From positions 1,374-65,373 of the IMG/VR virus record IMGVR_UViG_3300029825_000007: a DNA stretch of 64,000 nt; one strand, given 5' to 3'. This document shows, in pieces, positions 27,207 through 35,983 of the stretch; the stretch's first letter is position 1; every line of letters starts with the position of its first letter. The translations under genes were made by a program, and so were the position numbers. Under the pieces are notes generated by a model that was not told where the DNA came from, did not search any database, and worked only from the letters and a program-made list of their open reading frames with translations. The DNA comes from a virus.

Positions 27207-27809
27207 TTAAAAATCCGGCTCAATATCGCTGTCCTTGCTCTTATCCTGTGCAATTTCTGCGATCTCTTGATCGGACAACTGCGGTTGCTGTGCATTGCTA
27301 ACCTCTATGCGCTGTGGTGTCTCTACCCATCCGTAGTTAGCTTTTAGGGCAAATATACATCCGATACTGTTTTTTTCGGTCGCTCCATCTGCTAGGCTGG
27401 ACTCGCATTCGCGTTGCCATTTTCTGACCGTTCGAGAGTGTTCTGACTGGGTTCCTTGCCCGTTTGACCGATATTCTCCGGTTGCCCATGTGGTAAAAGT
27501 ATCGTTGCTAATCCCCACTAAAAGACTAAAGTTAAGTAGTGTAGGTCTTTTACCAAATGAATAACACATATCTGTATATATATCCCATATATTATCTAAC
27601 AATTTAATATTACTAGTATCTATTTTGTTATATTTAAACACATGTCTATATATATACTTACACATACCAGTAAATAAAGAACCATTATTATATATATCAT
27701 CTCTATCTCTTAAAGTATCTCTATACTCATCACTGTACTGTATTATTTTATTATTATATATCTCTATTGTATTACCATTATTATCTTTAGACTTTATTGT
27801 ATTAGACAT
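27207..27809 (-). CDS. terS: terminase small subunit
   Basis: 200 aa. The central region (PTLLNFSLLVGISNDTFTTW....SRTVRKWQRECESSLADGA..NSIGCIFALKANYGW) matches the HTH/oligomerisation pattern of Firmicutes phage small terminases. The 5' third is extremely AT-rich. Confidence 0.6.
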   Translation of the reverse strand: MSNTIKSKDNNGNTIEIYNNKIIQYSDEYRDTLRDRDDIYNNGSLFTGMCKYIYRHVFKYNKIDTSNIKLLDNIWDIYTDMCYSFGKRPTLLNFSLLVGISNDTFTTWATGEYRSNGQGTQSEHSRTVRKWQRECESSLADGATEKNSIGCIFALKANYGWVETPQRIEVSNAQQPQLSDQEIAEIAQDKSKDSDIEPDF

Positions 27810-28149
27810 TTATATACCTCATTTATATATTTACTGTATTTATATATTATTACTTTATTTATCTTGTTTATATATACAATACATAAATATAAAAAAATTA
27901 CCTGTAAACTGTATATATATTAACTATATACTGGTCTCAGGTATTATTGTACTGCTCTGTTTATTGGATTAATTATTATTATACCACAATATCTAGTACT
28001 AGTCTAGTCTTAAACACAAGATATTGTAAATTGTTTTGTGATTGATAAATATAAAAGTGATGTATATTTATAACGCTCTTAAATACGTCTAAAATCCATT
28101 TTAAACATTCAGGCAAACAAGTATCCACTATGCATATTATAATTGCAAA

Positions 28150-28470
28150 TAGATATCAAATAGACGCATACAGGCATGAATGATCTGATTGCGATAGATG
28201 TACATGTAAAAATAACCTGCCTGCCAGATCATGTGCGCTTTTGCACTTTAGTGTAGTGACGTGTCGCCGCGTACATCCAGCTACAGCGGGCAAAGCCCGG
28301 TCAACATGGTAGGCGGAAGCCGGTAGGAGGTGCGGTTTTAGCATCTGCTAAGATGCGTTGCACCGTAACCCGATAACCTACAGCAGCCATGGTCTTAATC
28401 TTTTAATCCCTTTGGGTTTGATGTCTTTAGGTTTTGTGTTTTACGTCTTTTATCTTCTACCCCCCCCTAT
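28150..28470. ncRNA. G+C-rich structured non-coding element, copy A (orientation unknown)
   Basis: There are only implausible ORFs. Hairpins include GCATCT-GCTA-AGATGC nested in GGTGC..GCACC (28328-28365), CGGGC-AAA-GCCCG (28287-28299) and GATGTAC (28196-28202)/GTACATC (28271-28277). It is homologous to the reverse complement of 63610-64000. Confidence 0.4.
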
Positions 28471-28703
28471 TTGCAGAAAAAGAAAAGAACCAAAAGAAAA
28501 AGATTTTATTTATAAAACCTTTATTATTATATATTATATATATTCTTTTATAATCTTTTATTTTACTCTTTATATCTCTTCTCTTTATGTTACTTTCTCT
28601 TCTCTCTTTTTCTCTTTTGTTTTTCTATGTCCTTTTCTTAACTTTTTACTTTGTGCAAATATGCCAAATTTAATGCTATAAATTTGTGTAAAATTAATCT
28701 AGA

Positions 28704-28749
28704 ATATTTGTAAATAACCCTTGAAACATATTTGCAAATATGCTATGCT
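28704..28749 (+). promoter_or_regulatory. promoter P1 with two operator copies
   Basis: TTGAAA (28721-28726), 17 nt, then TATGCT. ATATTTGTAAATA lies upstream, and the perfect palindrome ATATTTGCAAATAT (28728-28741) lies in the spacer. Confidence 0.6.
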
Positions 28750-28799
28750 ATATACATAGCAAGGGAACAACAAAACCAAAAAAACGGAGGACAAACAAA

Positions 28800-29204
28800 A
28801 TGAAAAAAAATATAAGCATTGAAGAAATCAAGAATGTAGTTGAAAATACAATCTTCGACTCTTATGGAATCAGGATTGACGAATGTAAGTATGAAGTGGG
28901 AGATATTGCTAATAACTCCCACGAACTTTATCAAGACCCAGATTTTGACGAGGACGGCAACCTTCTTTTTCCAGAAGGTGAAGGCATCTATGAAGGTTTT
29001 TATGATGCCGGAGAAATTGACGGAACCTGTACCATCGGTTTCGACCCCGAGGATGACGAAAGCATCCAAACGGCAATAGATCGTGTCCGCATCTACTGGG
29101 GGAAACATGTAACTGTTGTCGGCGGTGATGGTTATGGATGGGGAAATGACCCCGGTGAGTTAATTATCTCCAATGCGGAGGTATTAGCAGTAATTGAAAA
29201 ATAA
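28800..29204 (+). CDS. small acidic protein, paralogue of 30044..30460
   Basis: ACGGAGGA RBS. 134 aa, rich in Asp/Glu. The C-terminal ..ISNAEVLAVIEK matches ..MEDAKVLDIIF in the paralogue. Confidence 0.55.
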   Translation: MKKNISIEEIKNVVENTIFDSYGIRIDECKYEVGDIANNSHELYQDPDFDEDGNLLFPEGEGIYEGFYDAGEIDGTCTIGFDPEDDESIQTAIDRVRIYWGKHVTVVGGDGYGWGNDPGELIISNAEVLAVIEK

Positions 29205-29231
29205 AAAAGTCAAAAAAGTTGTAACATATGC

Positions 29232-29260
29232 TTGACGAATATTTGTAAATATGCTATGAT
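29232..29260 (+). promoter_or_regulatory. promoter P2 with operator
   Basis: TTGACG, 17 nt, then TATGAT. ATATTTGTAAATAT (29239-29252) lies in the spacer. Confidence 0.6.
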
Positions 29261-29299
29261 AATATCAGATAAAGAACAGAAAGCAAGGAGGAAACAAAA

Positions 29300-29581
29300 A
29301 TGAAAAAAATCAACGATGAAAACATTGAGGAATTGCATACGATTATAGATAGCCTTGAAAAAAACGAACTCGTAGAAATTGACACCATGTATATAGGAGG
29401 GAAAGAAAAAAATAAAGTCAGTGAATTAATTTCATCCCGAGTTATTGTTCCAGTTGATGATGATCTTAAATTTGTAAAACCAGAGCTTTTGTACAGGTAT
29501 TTTACAGGAGATATAATTATGACTGGTAAACACTTATATAAAAAGCTAAGACCGTGGGAATATAGATTCGTAGAAAAGTAA
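29300..29581 (+). CDS. hypothetical protein
   Basis: AAGGAGGAAA RBS. 93 aa. Confidence 0.5.
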   Translation: MKKINDENIEELHTIIDSLEKNELVEIDTMYIGGKEKNKVSELISSRVIVPVDDDLKFVKPELLYRYFTGDIIMTGKHLYKKLRPWEYRFVEK

Positions 29582-29627
29582 TCCGCCCGGAGGTTACGAG
29601 GGCAAGAAACATAGATATGAAAATTAT

Positions 29628-29654
29628 AGCCGGGATAATCTCCCGGCTCTTTTT
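29628..29654. terminator. bidirectional terminator between convergent genes
   Basis: AGCCGGGA-taatc-TCCCGGCT with T-runs on both strands. Confidence 0.65.
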
Positions 29655-29865
29655 ACTGCTCTTCTGCTCCGTTCATGCGTGCAATTTCTTTGTCTACGCA
29701 CATTTCCACAAACTTTGATCTACTCATCCCTCTTAGCTTCGCAGCAGTGTTCCACTGCTCCGCTTTACCGGATAGTTTATCTACTGTAACCACTACCCGA
29801 TCGTATTTTTCCCTTTGAAATTTATTTTGATATTTGTATTGCGTTTCCGCATCTTTGTAAGCCAC
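29653..29865 (-). CDS. ribbon-helix-helix protein, candidate repressor of the P1-P3 regulon
   Basis: GTG start after GGAAGTG. ..YDRVVVTVDKLSGKAEQWNTAAKLRGMSRSKFVEMCVDKEI has an RHH layout. Its own promoter (TTGACA, 17 nt, TAGAAT) is followed by the same 14-mer, found at 29895-29908. Confidence 0.55.
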   Translation of the reverse strand: MAYKDAETQYKYQNKFQREKYDRVVVTVDKLSGKAEQWNTAAKLRGMSRSKFVEMCVDKEIARMNGAEEQ

Positions 29866-29956
29866 GCTGTCACTTCCTTTTTTATCTATCTAATATATTT
29901 ACAAATATTCTATCATATAAATTCATCCCTGTCAAATTTAAAGATAAAAAGTCAAT

Positions 29957-30002
29957 ATATTTGTAAATAACCCTTGACGAATATTTACAAATATGCTATA
30001 AT
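29957..30002 (+). promoter_or_regulatory. promoter P3 with two operator copies
   Basis: TTGACG (29974-29979), 17 nt, then TATAAT (29997-30002). ATATTTGTAAATA lies upstream (29957-29969) and ATATTTACAAATAT lies in the spacer (29981-29994). Confidence 0.65.
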
Positions 30003-30043
30003 AAAGATAGTTAAAGAAGAGATAAAAAACAGGAGGTCACAAA

Positions 30044-30460
30044 ATGACAAGAACAGGAATGATTAAAAAAATTGAGAAGGCAATTGAAAAATACGAATTT
30101 GAATATTCAAATCTCGGTATCAGATTTGAAAATAAAGAAAGGACCATAGGCGAAGAAATTGAGGACTACTCAAAATCTAACGCTGATAGAGATGATGAAA
30201 GAGAATTTCCAGAATATGGGTCCGAAGAATATGAAGAAATGGATGAACTCGATGGAGTATGTGCCTACTATATTGACACATACAGAGATGATGTGGATTT
30301 AGGATTTAACGATCCCAAAAGAGAAAATGACATAGAAAGATTTTATGAAGCTAATCACTGCTACATTTTAGGATGTGATCGCGTATCTAGTAACATGTAT
30401 GCAGAGGATGAGGGAGAAATAATTATGGAGGATGCAAAGGTCCTTGACATAATTTTTTAA
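30044..30460 (+). CDS. small acidic protein, paralogue of 28800..29204
   Basis: AGGAGG RBS. 138 aa with a long Asp/Glu-rich stretch (DRDDEREFPEYGSEEYEEMDELD). Confidence 0.55.
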   Translation: MTRTGMIKKIEKAIEKYEFEYSNLGIRFENKERTIGEEIEDYSKSNADRDDEREFPEYGSEEYEEMDELDGVCAYYIDTYRDDVDLGFNDPKRENDIERFYEANHCYILGCDRVSSNMYAEDEGEIIMEDAKVLDIIF

Positions 30461-30481
30461 AAAACAAATAGTAAATAAGTG

Positions 30482-30510
30482 TTGACGGTTCACACTATGT
30501 GTGATATAAT
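30482..30510 (+). promoter_or_regulatory. promoter P4 (consensus, no operator)
   Basis: TTGACG, 17 nt, then TATAAT, with a TG-containing spacer end. Confidence 0.6.
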
Positions 30511-30543
30511 GTATTTAGATCAAGAGATGAGGAGAAAGGTGTT

Positions 30544-30849
30544 ATGAAGATTATTAGCAGTCAGAAATTCATCAACTACGACATCGTTGATGAGAAAATT
30601 GAAAAATATAATAATCGGAAAAGCATTACCCTCCCGATTATTGATGCCGGGATAACTGACCTCGATGGGAATGATTTATTTATCCTCATTGACGGACACC
30701 ATTCAAAAATTGCAGCGGAAGAATTGGGGATTGAAATCTCATACGAAGAAGTCCCCAATGAGTACGGATTAGTAGGTGACGATTTGTTGATAGCCGCCCA
30801 CGTGGACAGCGATTGGTACTACGTTGACAGTGGGCAACCCGTCTGGTAG
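30544..30849 (+). CDS. ParB N-terminal (ParB/Srx)-like domain protein
   Basis: LFILIDGHHSKIAAEELG resembles the DGHHR box of ParB-like nuclease/NTPase domains. 101 aa. Confidence 0.45.
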   Translation: MKIISSQKFINYDIVDEKIEKYNNRKSITLPIIDAGITDLDGNDLFILIDGHHSKIAAEELGIEISYEEVPNEYGLVGDDLLIAAHVDSDWYYVDSGQPVW

Positions 30850-30933
30850 TTATTTGCTCCCGGCGGTAAAGCGTAGCATCAAAGCGACCGGGTACCTGGC
30901 GAAAGCCAAAATAAAAAACAGGAGGAATTTAAG

Positions 30934-31203
30934 ATGAAAGCAAAAATTTTAGAAACAGGGGAAATCGTAGAACTGCCAAAAATCGCTATTGAAAACGATG
31001 ATTTGGTACAGGGGAATGTAACCAAGGTCGATAACTCTGATTACAACATCGAAATGCCACAAGCCGATTATAACTGGTGGCAGAAAGTCCAGAAAGGTGT
31101 TGATATCGCCGAATCTAACCCAGCTGTGTACGATACCACAGACTATACGTATGAGGATTACCTTATGATCGTAGATGATTTCTCCTCGGATGATGACATC
31201 TAA
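30934..31203 (+). CDS. small acidic protein
   Basis: AGGAGGAA RBS. 89 aa, ending ..DDFSSDDDI. Confidence 0.5.
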   Translation: MKAKILETGEIVELPKIAIENDDLVQGNVTKVDNSDYNIEMPQADYNWWQKVQKGVDIAESNPAVYDTTDYTYEDYLMIVDDFSSDDDI

Positions 31204-31310
31204 AATCAAAGGGGCAGTACCAACTAAAGCACCTGCCCCCAATAGCAACCCAATAACAGGTCACTGTTACAGTATAGCAGTGATCTCCATCAAAAACAAG
31301 GAGAACAAAA

Positions 31311-31865
31311 ATGAAATTAAACAATTTAGTAGAAGATAACAAGGTAACTGTTTATGGATTCCCGGCATTCAAAGGACTTGAAGATTTCTGCAAGGGGACA
31401 TCTGATTCAAGTTTTGTAATATCAACTCTGTCCCCGGCAATCATGCATGATATGGGTATCAATTCGTATTATGCCCCTGTAATCCCTAGAAATAGTCGAT
31501 TCAATACGACTGAAGAAGTTTTAGACGCTAATCTTGATGTCAACCAGGTTTTCGTAATGGAGTTTCCGTCATGGGACTTGATTAATGAGGATAAAATTGT
31601 TATTGTCTCAAGGCACAAGGCGACAATCGACATCCTGCAAGACATGTATCCCGATGCGCCGGTCCTGTCCGGGAACGTGTCCGCATCCGACTTGAAAAAT
31701 TGTCACGTAATCGGTACGTTGCCACCAGCGTTGATTGCAGAGTGCAAGTCGTACAGAGCGGTAACCATCAAGGATTATAACGCCGCTGTGGATGGCGATT
31801 TATCCGCAACGGAAATTAAAGATAGACTAGTTATCAGCGAGCCTATCTCAGTAACCATAAAATAA
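31311..31865 (+). CDS. protein with a C-terminal Csx16 (VVA1548)-like domain
   Basis: IVIVSRHKATIDILQDMYP....HVIGTLPPALIAECKSYRAVTI recalls, from memory, the ..SRH.GA.EW....VIG.LP..LAA.. pattern of that CRISPR-associated family. Confidence 0.35.
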   Translation: MKLNNLVEDNKVTVYGFPAFKGLEDFCKGTSDSSFVISTLSPAIMHDMGINSYYAPVIPRNSRFNTTEEVLDANLDVNQVFVMEFPSWDLINEDKIVIVSRHKATIDILQDMYPDAPVLSGNVSASDLKNCHVIGTLPPALIAECKSYRAVTIKDYNAAVDGDLSATEIKDRLVISEPISVTIK

Positions 31866-31913
31866 TAGCACTCACCTGTCCTATCGGGTATACGGGGAAA
31901 GGAGAATAATAGA

Positions 31914-32438
31914 ATGAATCAATATGACATGTACGCAGATAATGTCTGCTACTTCCCTAGCGATGCAGAAATTTGTAAGTCGTGTCATGGATACGCTTAC
32001 TTGAACCCAGACTTTAACAACATCTGTCCTTATGCAATAAAATGTAGGGAGGATGTTAAAAGAAAGGAAGAAAAAATGAAAGAGCAAAAAAGAAACACAT
32101 TAGAACAATCAGCAAAAGTACTTAGAGAAATTCTAATTAATCGTAAATCTATATTGATGTACGATGTCAACATGAAATTTTCTGGAGGTGTGTCTTTAAC
32201 AATAACTCCACATCAGAATAACGAAATTATTAAAATGGTGCATTGTGACACCATAAAAGATTTGGGTATAATAGTTAACAAAAATGGAAGCTATAGCATA
32301 CTTGTCGATACTATAACCCCAGCGAGGATAACTCTTTTAAAGGTTACAGGGGCTTTCAATGTTTGTGTAACTACACCACAGGGCACCCGCACATTGGAAA
32401 TCGGTACTGATATTACAGTGCCTGGTAAACAAAAATAG
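31914..32438 (+). CDS. hypothetical protein with an N-terminal Cys cluster
   Basis: 174-aa ORF with a GGAGAATAA RBS. Confidence 0.45.
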   Translation: MNQYDMYADNVCYFPSDAEICKSCHGYAYLNPDFNNICPYAIKCREDVKRKEEKMKEQKRNTLEQSAKVLREILINRKSILMYDVNMKFSGGVSLTITPHQNNEIIKMVHCDTIKDLGIIVNKNGSYSILVDTITPARITLLKVTGAFNVCVTTPQGTRTLEIGTDITVPGKQK

Positions 32439-32503
32439 GGTACTCACAAATTTAAATTTTGTATTTGATTTGACCCATGTTAAATGGGAGAAGGAGGAAC
32501 ATT

Positions 32504-33028
32504 ATGACGGGGGTAATTAAGTGTATTAAAGACCATTCTGTAAATTTTCAAGATTCTCTTTACGTGATGGATATCGAGGAAGGGTCTATCTGGTGGGCTA
32601 GTGATACCGCCGATGATGATTTTGGGTTTGTTACAAACGTAAAAGATGGTAGAGAGTTTGATGTCTGGTGTTTCGAAGCCGGTGTACTAGACCCAAGGTT
32701 CTGGGTGTGTGCCCCTCATGCTATGGACAATGACCACAGATGGATTAATGAGCCCATGAATGCACGGTTCGACAGTTTATGCGGCCGTACATATTATGTT
32801 AAGACTGTTGCAGGAGAGGTTCATCGGGTGTTTAATCAAGAAGAAAGAATCTTGATTGATGGTGATGCTTTTAAACACATTTCAATCCCATGGACAGATA
32901 TTGTCTCTTTTATACCGGCACCGATAGAGCCTAAAAACTATGCTTACAAGCTTCGTTTCAAGGAGGAGTTGAACTGTTATGTTAAAGACTATGGCAATGG
33001 AATTGTGAGCTTTAGTCACATTAGGTAA
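32504..33028 (+). CDS. hypothetical protein
   Basis: GAAGGAGGAA RBS upstream of the ATG at 32504 (MTGVIKCIKDH...). Confidence 0.45.
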   Translation: MTGVIKCIKDHSVNFQDSLYVMDIEEGSIWWASDTADDDFGFVTNVKDGREFDVWCFEAGVLDPRFWVCAPHAMDNDHRWINEPMNARFDSLCGRTYYVKTVAGEVHRVFNQEERILIDGDAFKHISIPWTDIVSFIPAPIEPKNYAYKLRFKEELNCYVKDYGNGIVSFSHIR

Positions 33029-33078
33029 TATGAAATATCTAAAGCATAAAAAGGAGCGCAAGAAGATGGGGTGTAGAA

Positions 33079-33360
33079 ATGGAAGATGGCCCCGATATTG
33101 TTGATGAATTTGTCATTGGAAAAGAAACAAGAGCCTTCATTGAAGGCTGTATAAACGATTCTTGTTTTAAAGGCTGTTGGTTTACCAATGACAGTAACAA
33201 TATCATTAGCATAGAAAAAGATTACGAAAATCATCCGTCTGGTGGATATGATTACTCCATTGAAATCGACATGTGCAGGGGGATGTACAGGACGCTAAAA
33301 AACGAAAGTGATGCAACATTTTCAAGTTGGGTGCCTGTACCACATTTGAAAGAAGACTAA
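33079..33360 (+). CDS. hypothetical protein
   Basis: 93-aa ORF on the same strand as the island. Confidence 0.4.
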   Translation: MEDGPDIVDEFVIGKETRAFIEGCINDSCFKGCWFTNDSNNIISIEKDYENHPSGGYDYSIEIDMCRGMYRTLKNESDATFSSWVPVPHLKED

Positions 33361-33452
33361 AAGAAGTAGCACCGCACCCATGCTAAAAATGGAAGAAACA
33401 TGGGATGCCCTTTCGCTAAATAAAAAAGAAATCCTCAATACCGAGGGTGAAC

Positions 33453-33800
33453 CTAGTCGTTAAGCTGCTTCTTCCTGTGCTTCCTTATCCTTTTGGCATT
33501 CCCCGAAGGATCCTCTAATTTATAAAGTCCTTTTTTGTATGGTGTGTAATTATTCATTGCTTTCTTCCCAAGTCCAACTTTAATGGCAATTTCGTTGTCA
33601 CACATGCCGTGTTCTCTAAGGAACTTAATTTCATCGTAAGTTTCGGATGTGTACACTCCTGCTGTGACCAGGATCTTTTTAATTTTACTTGCACTATATC
33701 CGGTTATTTTTGATATCGTATTTAGAGATATGTTAGCGTTATAAGAAGCAACAACCTCTGAAACAATATCTTGTTGTTCCGAATTTCCTTCTTGTTCCAT
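33453..33800 (-). CDS. HTH-containing small regulator
   Basis: It has two HTH-like segments (LNTISKITGYSASKIKKIL and MCDNEIAIKVGLGKKAMNNY). It is the only minus-strand gene in this part of the island. Confidence 0.45.
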   Translation of the reverse strand: MEQEGNSEQQDIVSEVVASYNANISLNTISKITGYSASKIKKILVTAGVYTSETYDEIKFLREHGMCDNEIAIKVGLGKKAMNNYTPYKKGLYKLEDPSGNAKRIRKHRKKQLND

Positions 33801-33945
33801 AATGCCTCCTACAGATATTAAATTTATTTTTTATTCGTAAGATAATTATAGCATAATTTACAGGAAAGGGAAATGGGAGGACAAAATAGAAGGTTGATGT
33901 ATTGCTCAACAAATGGTACGATTGAAAGTAAGGAGGTTAGATGAA

Positions 33946-35211
33946 ATGCCAAAAAAACCAGATATGTCACTTATCGGCAAGAAATATAACATGCTGACAG
34001 TGCTAGAGTTGTCTGATAGACTAAACACTAGCGGAAATCGTATGTACAAGTGCCGTTGCGATTGTGGAAATATCCAGTATGCCACAAAGTGGCAGTTGAT
34101 AAATGGTTATCTGCAAAGTTGCGGATGTATAAAAAAACGACCAAAAAAAGATATTACCAATCAAAAATTCGGAAAACTTACAGCCTTATATCCTGTTGGA
34201 CCGAGCGTTTCAAGTGGCACCCTGTGGCACTGCCGCTGTGACTGTGGTAATGAAGTTGATAAGCCCACAAGCGTATTGGTTTCTGGTGGCGTGAAATCCT
34301 GCGGATGCCTAAGAAAAACACACAACCGCTCAAATTCGTCTGGAACTATAGGCGTAACATTTTATAGTAACAAATGGCGCGCCCATATAACGGTCGATAG
34401 AAAACAATATAATCTGGGAGCATTTTCGGAAAAAGAAGATGCCATAGCGATAAGAAAAGAGGCGGAAAAAATTGATCCTTCTGATTTTGAGGATTGGTAT
34501 AAAAAAATAGATAAAATTTCAAAAAAACAAACTGAAAAGGAAGCCCATATTTCTTGCACGCCCAAAGGTAAAACCATTCGAGAAGGAAACACCTACGGAA
34601 ATATAAAGGTTATAAGCTTATACAGTTATAACCCCAAAACGCACTATTATAAATATAATTGTAAATGTAAAAACTGCGGTTATACTTTTATAGATAGCGC
34701 TCAACGAATTTCTATGCATGCAAGGAATAATAGTTGCCCCGAATGCTTCAAAAGGCAAAAGGTGGCAGAAAGGAATGAAGATGCAAAAAAGTATATTGGC
34801 ATGCGTTACGGTGAATTAGAAGTTGTTGGTTATGCTGGTTTAAAATGTGCATCAAAAAATTTGAGATATGCAATCCCATACATGATATGTAAATGTCATG
34901 AGTGCGGAGACACCTCGGAAATACCGCTTGCAAAGCTAAAAAGCGGACAAACAAGCAAATGTGTGCACTGTGTAAAAAGAGACACATCTGATCACAAAGG
35001 TGTGAGCCTTGATAAAAAATCACATAAATGGAGGGCATATGTAACTTTTCAGAGAAAGCAATATAATTTAGGATTCTACGATAATATAGACGATGCTCTT
35101 TCATCCAGAAGAAAAGGGGATGAAGAAATGTTTGAAAGTTTCGTTGGGTGGTATAAGGAAAACTATCCCACACAATGGGAACAACTGCAAAAGGGGAGGA
35201 AAAATCAATGA
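33946..35211 (+). CDS. zinc-ribbon repeat protein with two AP2-type DNA-binding domains
   Basis: AAGGAGG RBS. It has four C.C.CG....C/SCGC modules and two AP2-like segments (GVTFYSNKWRAHITVDRKQYNLGAFSEKEDAIAIRKEAE and GVSLDKKSHKWRAYVTFQRKQYNLGFYDNIDDALSSRRKGD). Confidence 0.6.
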   Translation: MPKKPDMSLIGKKYNMLTVLELSDRLNTSGNRMYKCRCDCGNIQYATKWQLINGYLQSCGCIKKRPKKDITNQKFGKLTALYPVGPSVSSGTLWHCRCDCGNEVDKPTSVLVSGGVKSCGCLRKTHNRSNSSGTIGVTFYSNKWRAHITVDRKQYNLGAFSEKEDAIAIRKEAEKIDPSDFEDWYKKIDKISKKQTEKEAHISCTPKGKTIREGNTYGNIKVISLYSYNPKTHYYKYNCKCKNCGYTFIDSAQRISMHARNNSCPECFKRQKVAERNEDAKKYIGMRYGELEVVGYAGLKCASKNLRYAIPYMICKCHECGDTSEIPLAKLKSGQTSKCVHCVKRDTSDHKGVSLDKKSHKWRAYVTFQRKQYNLGFYDNIDDALSSRRKGDEEMFESFVGWYKENYPTQWEQLQKGRKNQ

Positions 35212-35600
35212 ATACAGATCAAGCACTGAATGCAGTATTCAGTATATTCAATAAGTATAACGGTGTAGTTAATCCTACCGTCAATGCAAAAATAGATCCA
35301 TTTCGCATTGACGATCTGGAGTATATGTTCCGGGGGAAGGGAAGACAGAAAGTGGCTTTTGGACTCCATTATATTGAGAAGCCTAACGTACTCTGCTTTC
35401 AGTTTGATTGGGATTTTTTAACACAAGATAAAATAGAAGCAGCAATTGTAAGTGGCCTTTATTTTATCGAATTAGTCGACTGGGGCAGGGTATTTGTCCA
35501 AGGAAGTTTTTGTAGCAACGATCAATATGTCGATACGCTTCGTAGAGCGTGCGATCTTTTGTCCATAGGGACAATTTATAAAAAATTAGAGGAGGAGTAA
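35208..35600 (+). CDS. hypothetical protein
   Basis: Its ATG overlaps the upstream TGA (ATGA). GGGGAGGAAAA RBS. Confidence 0.45.
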   Translation: MNTDQALNAVFSIFNKYNGVVNPTVNAKIDPFRIDDLEYMFRGKGRQKVAFGLHYIEKPNVLCFQFDWDFLTQDKIEAAIVSGLYFIELVDWGRVFVQGSFCSNDQYVDTLRRACDLLSIGTIYKKLEEE

Positions 35601-35605
35601 AAAAA

Positions 35606-35983
35606 ATGAAATATGAATTATTTTCAAGATTATATAGAGACTGTAAACTGTACAGCAAGCCGACAGGGAAAAATAAAGAGCTGTATATCCATGAAAGGGG
35701 ATATCAAGACTGGATGGATGGGTATAGTCCAGAAAGCATCATAAACACTCTAGAATCAATTTGGTCGCTTTACTGGATAGATATGAGCGATATTAGAAAA
35801 GGTCTGGGATTGACACAATATGAAATGTCTCAGAGGTACTATACATCTAAAAGAACCGTAGAAAGTTGGGAAGCATCCGGGAAAGGTAAAAGAAACATAA
35901 CAGATTCACAAAAAATGCTGATTGCCTATTCAATTTTTGAATCTGAAAGGGATGGAAAGAATGGAAACACTGAAAACACCTAA
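35606..35983 (+). CDS. XRE-like HTH protein
   Basis: It contains GLTQYEMSQRYYTSKRTVESWEAS, an HTH segment. Confidence 0.5.
   Translation: MKYELFSRLYRDCKLYSKPTGKNKELYIHERGYQDWMDGYSPESIINTLESIWSLYWIDMSDIRKGLGLTQYEMSQRYYTSKRTVESWEASGKGKRNITDSQKMLIAYSIFESERDGKNGNTENT

Noticed and set aside
28270-28365. A resemblance to the c-di-GMP-II riboswitch (words such as ACAGCGGGCAAAGCC and CCGGTAGGAGGTGCGG).
   Set aside because: Only scattered word matches, recalled from memory. The two separate conserved strands of that riboswitch are not both present, and the nearest downstream gene is more than 400 nt away, behind its own promoter.
27625-28681. ORFs 27625-27972, 28156-28344 and 28358-28681.
   Set aside because: They are low-complexity translations of (TA)n and homopyrimidine tracts or of the G+C-rich hairpin region. 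There are no RBSs, and one is antisense to terS.
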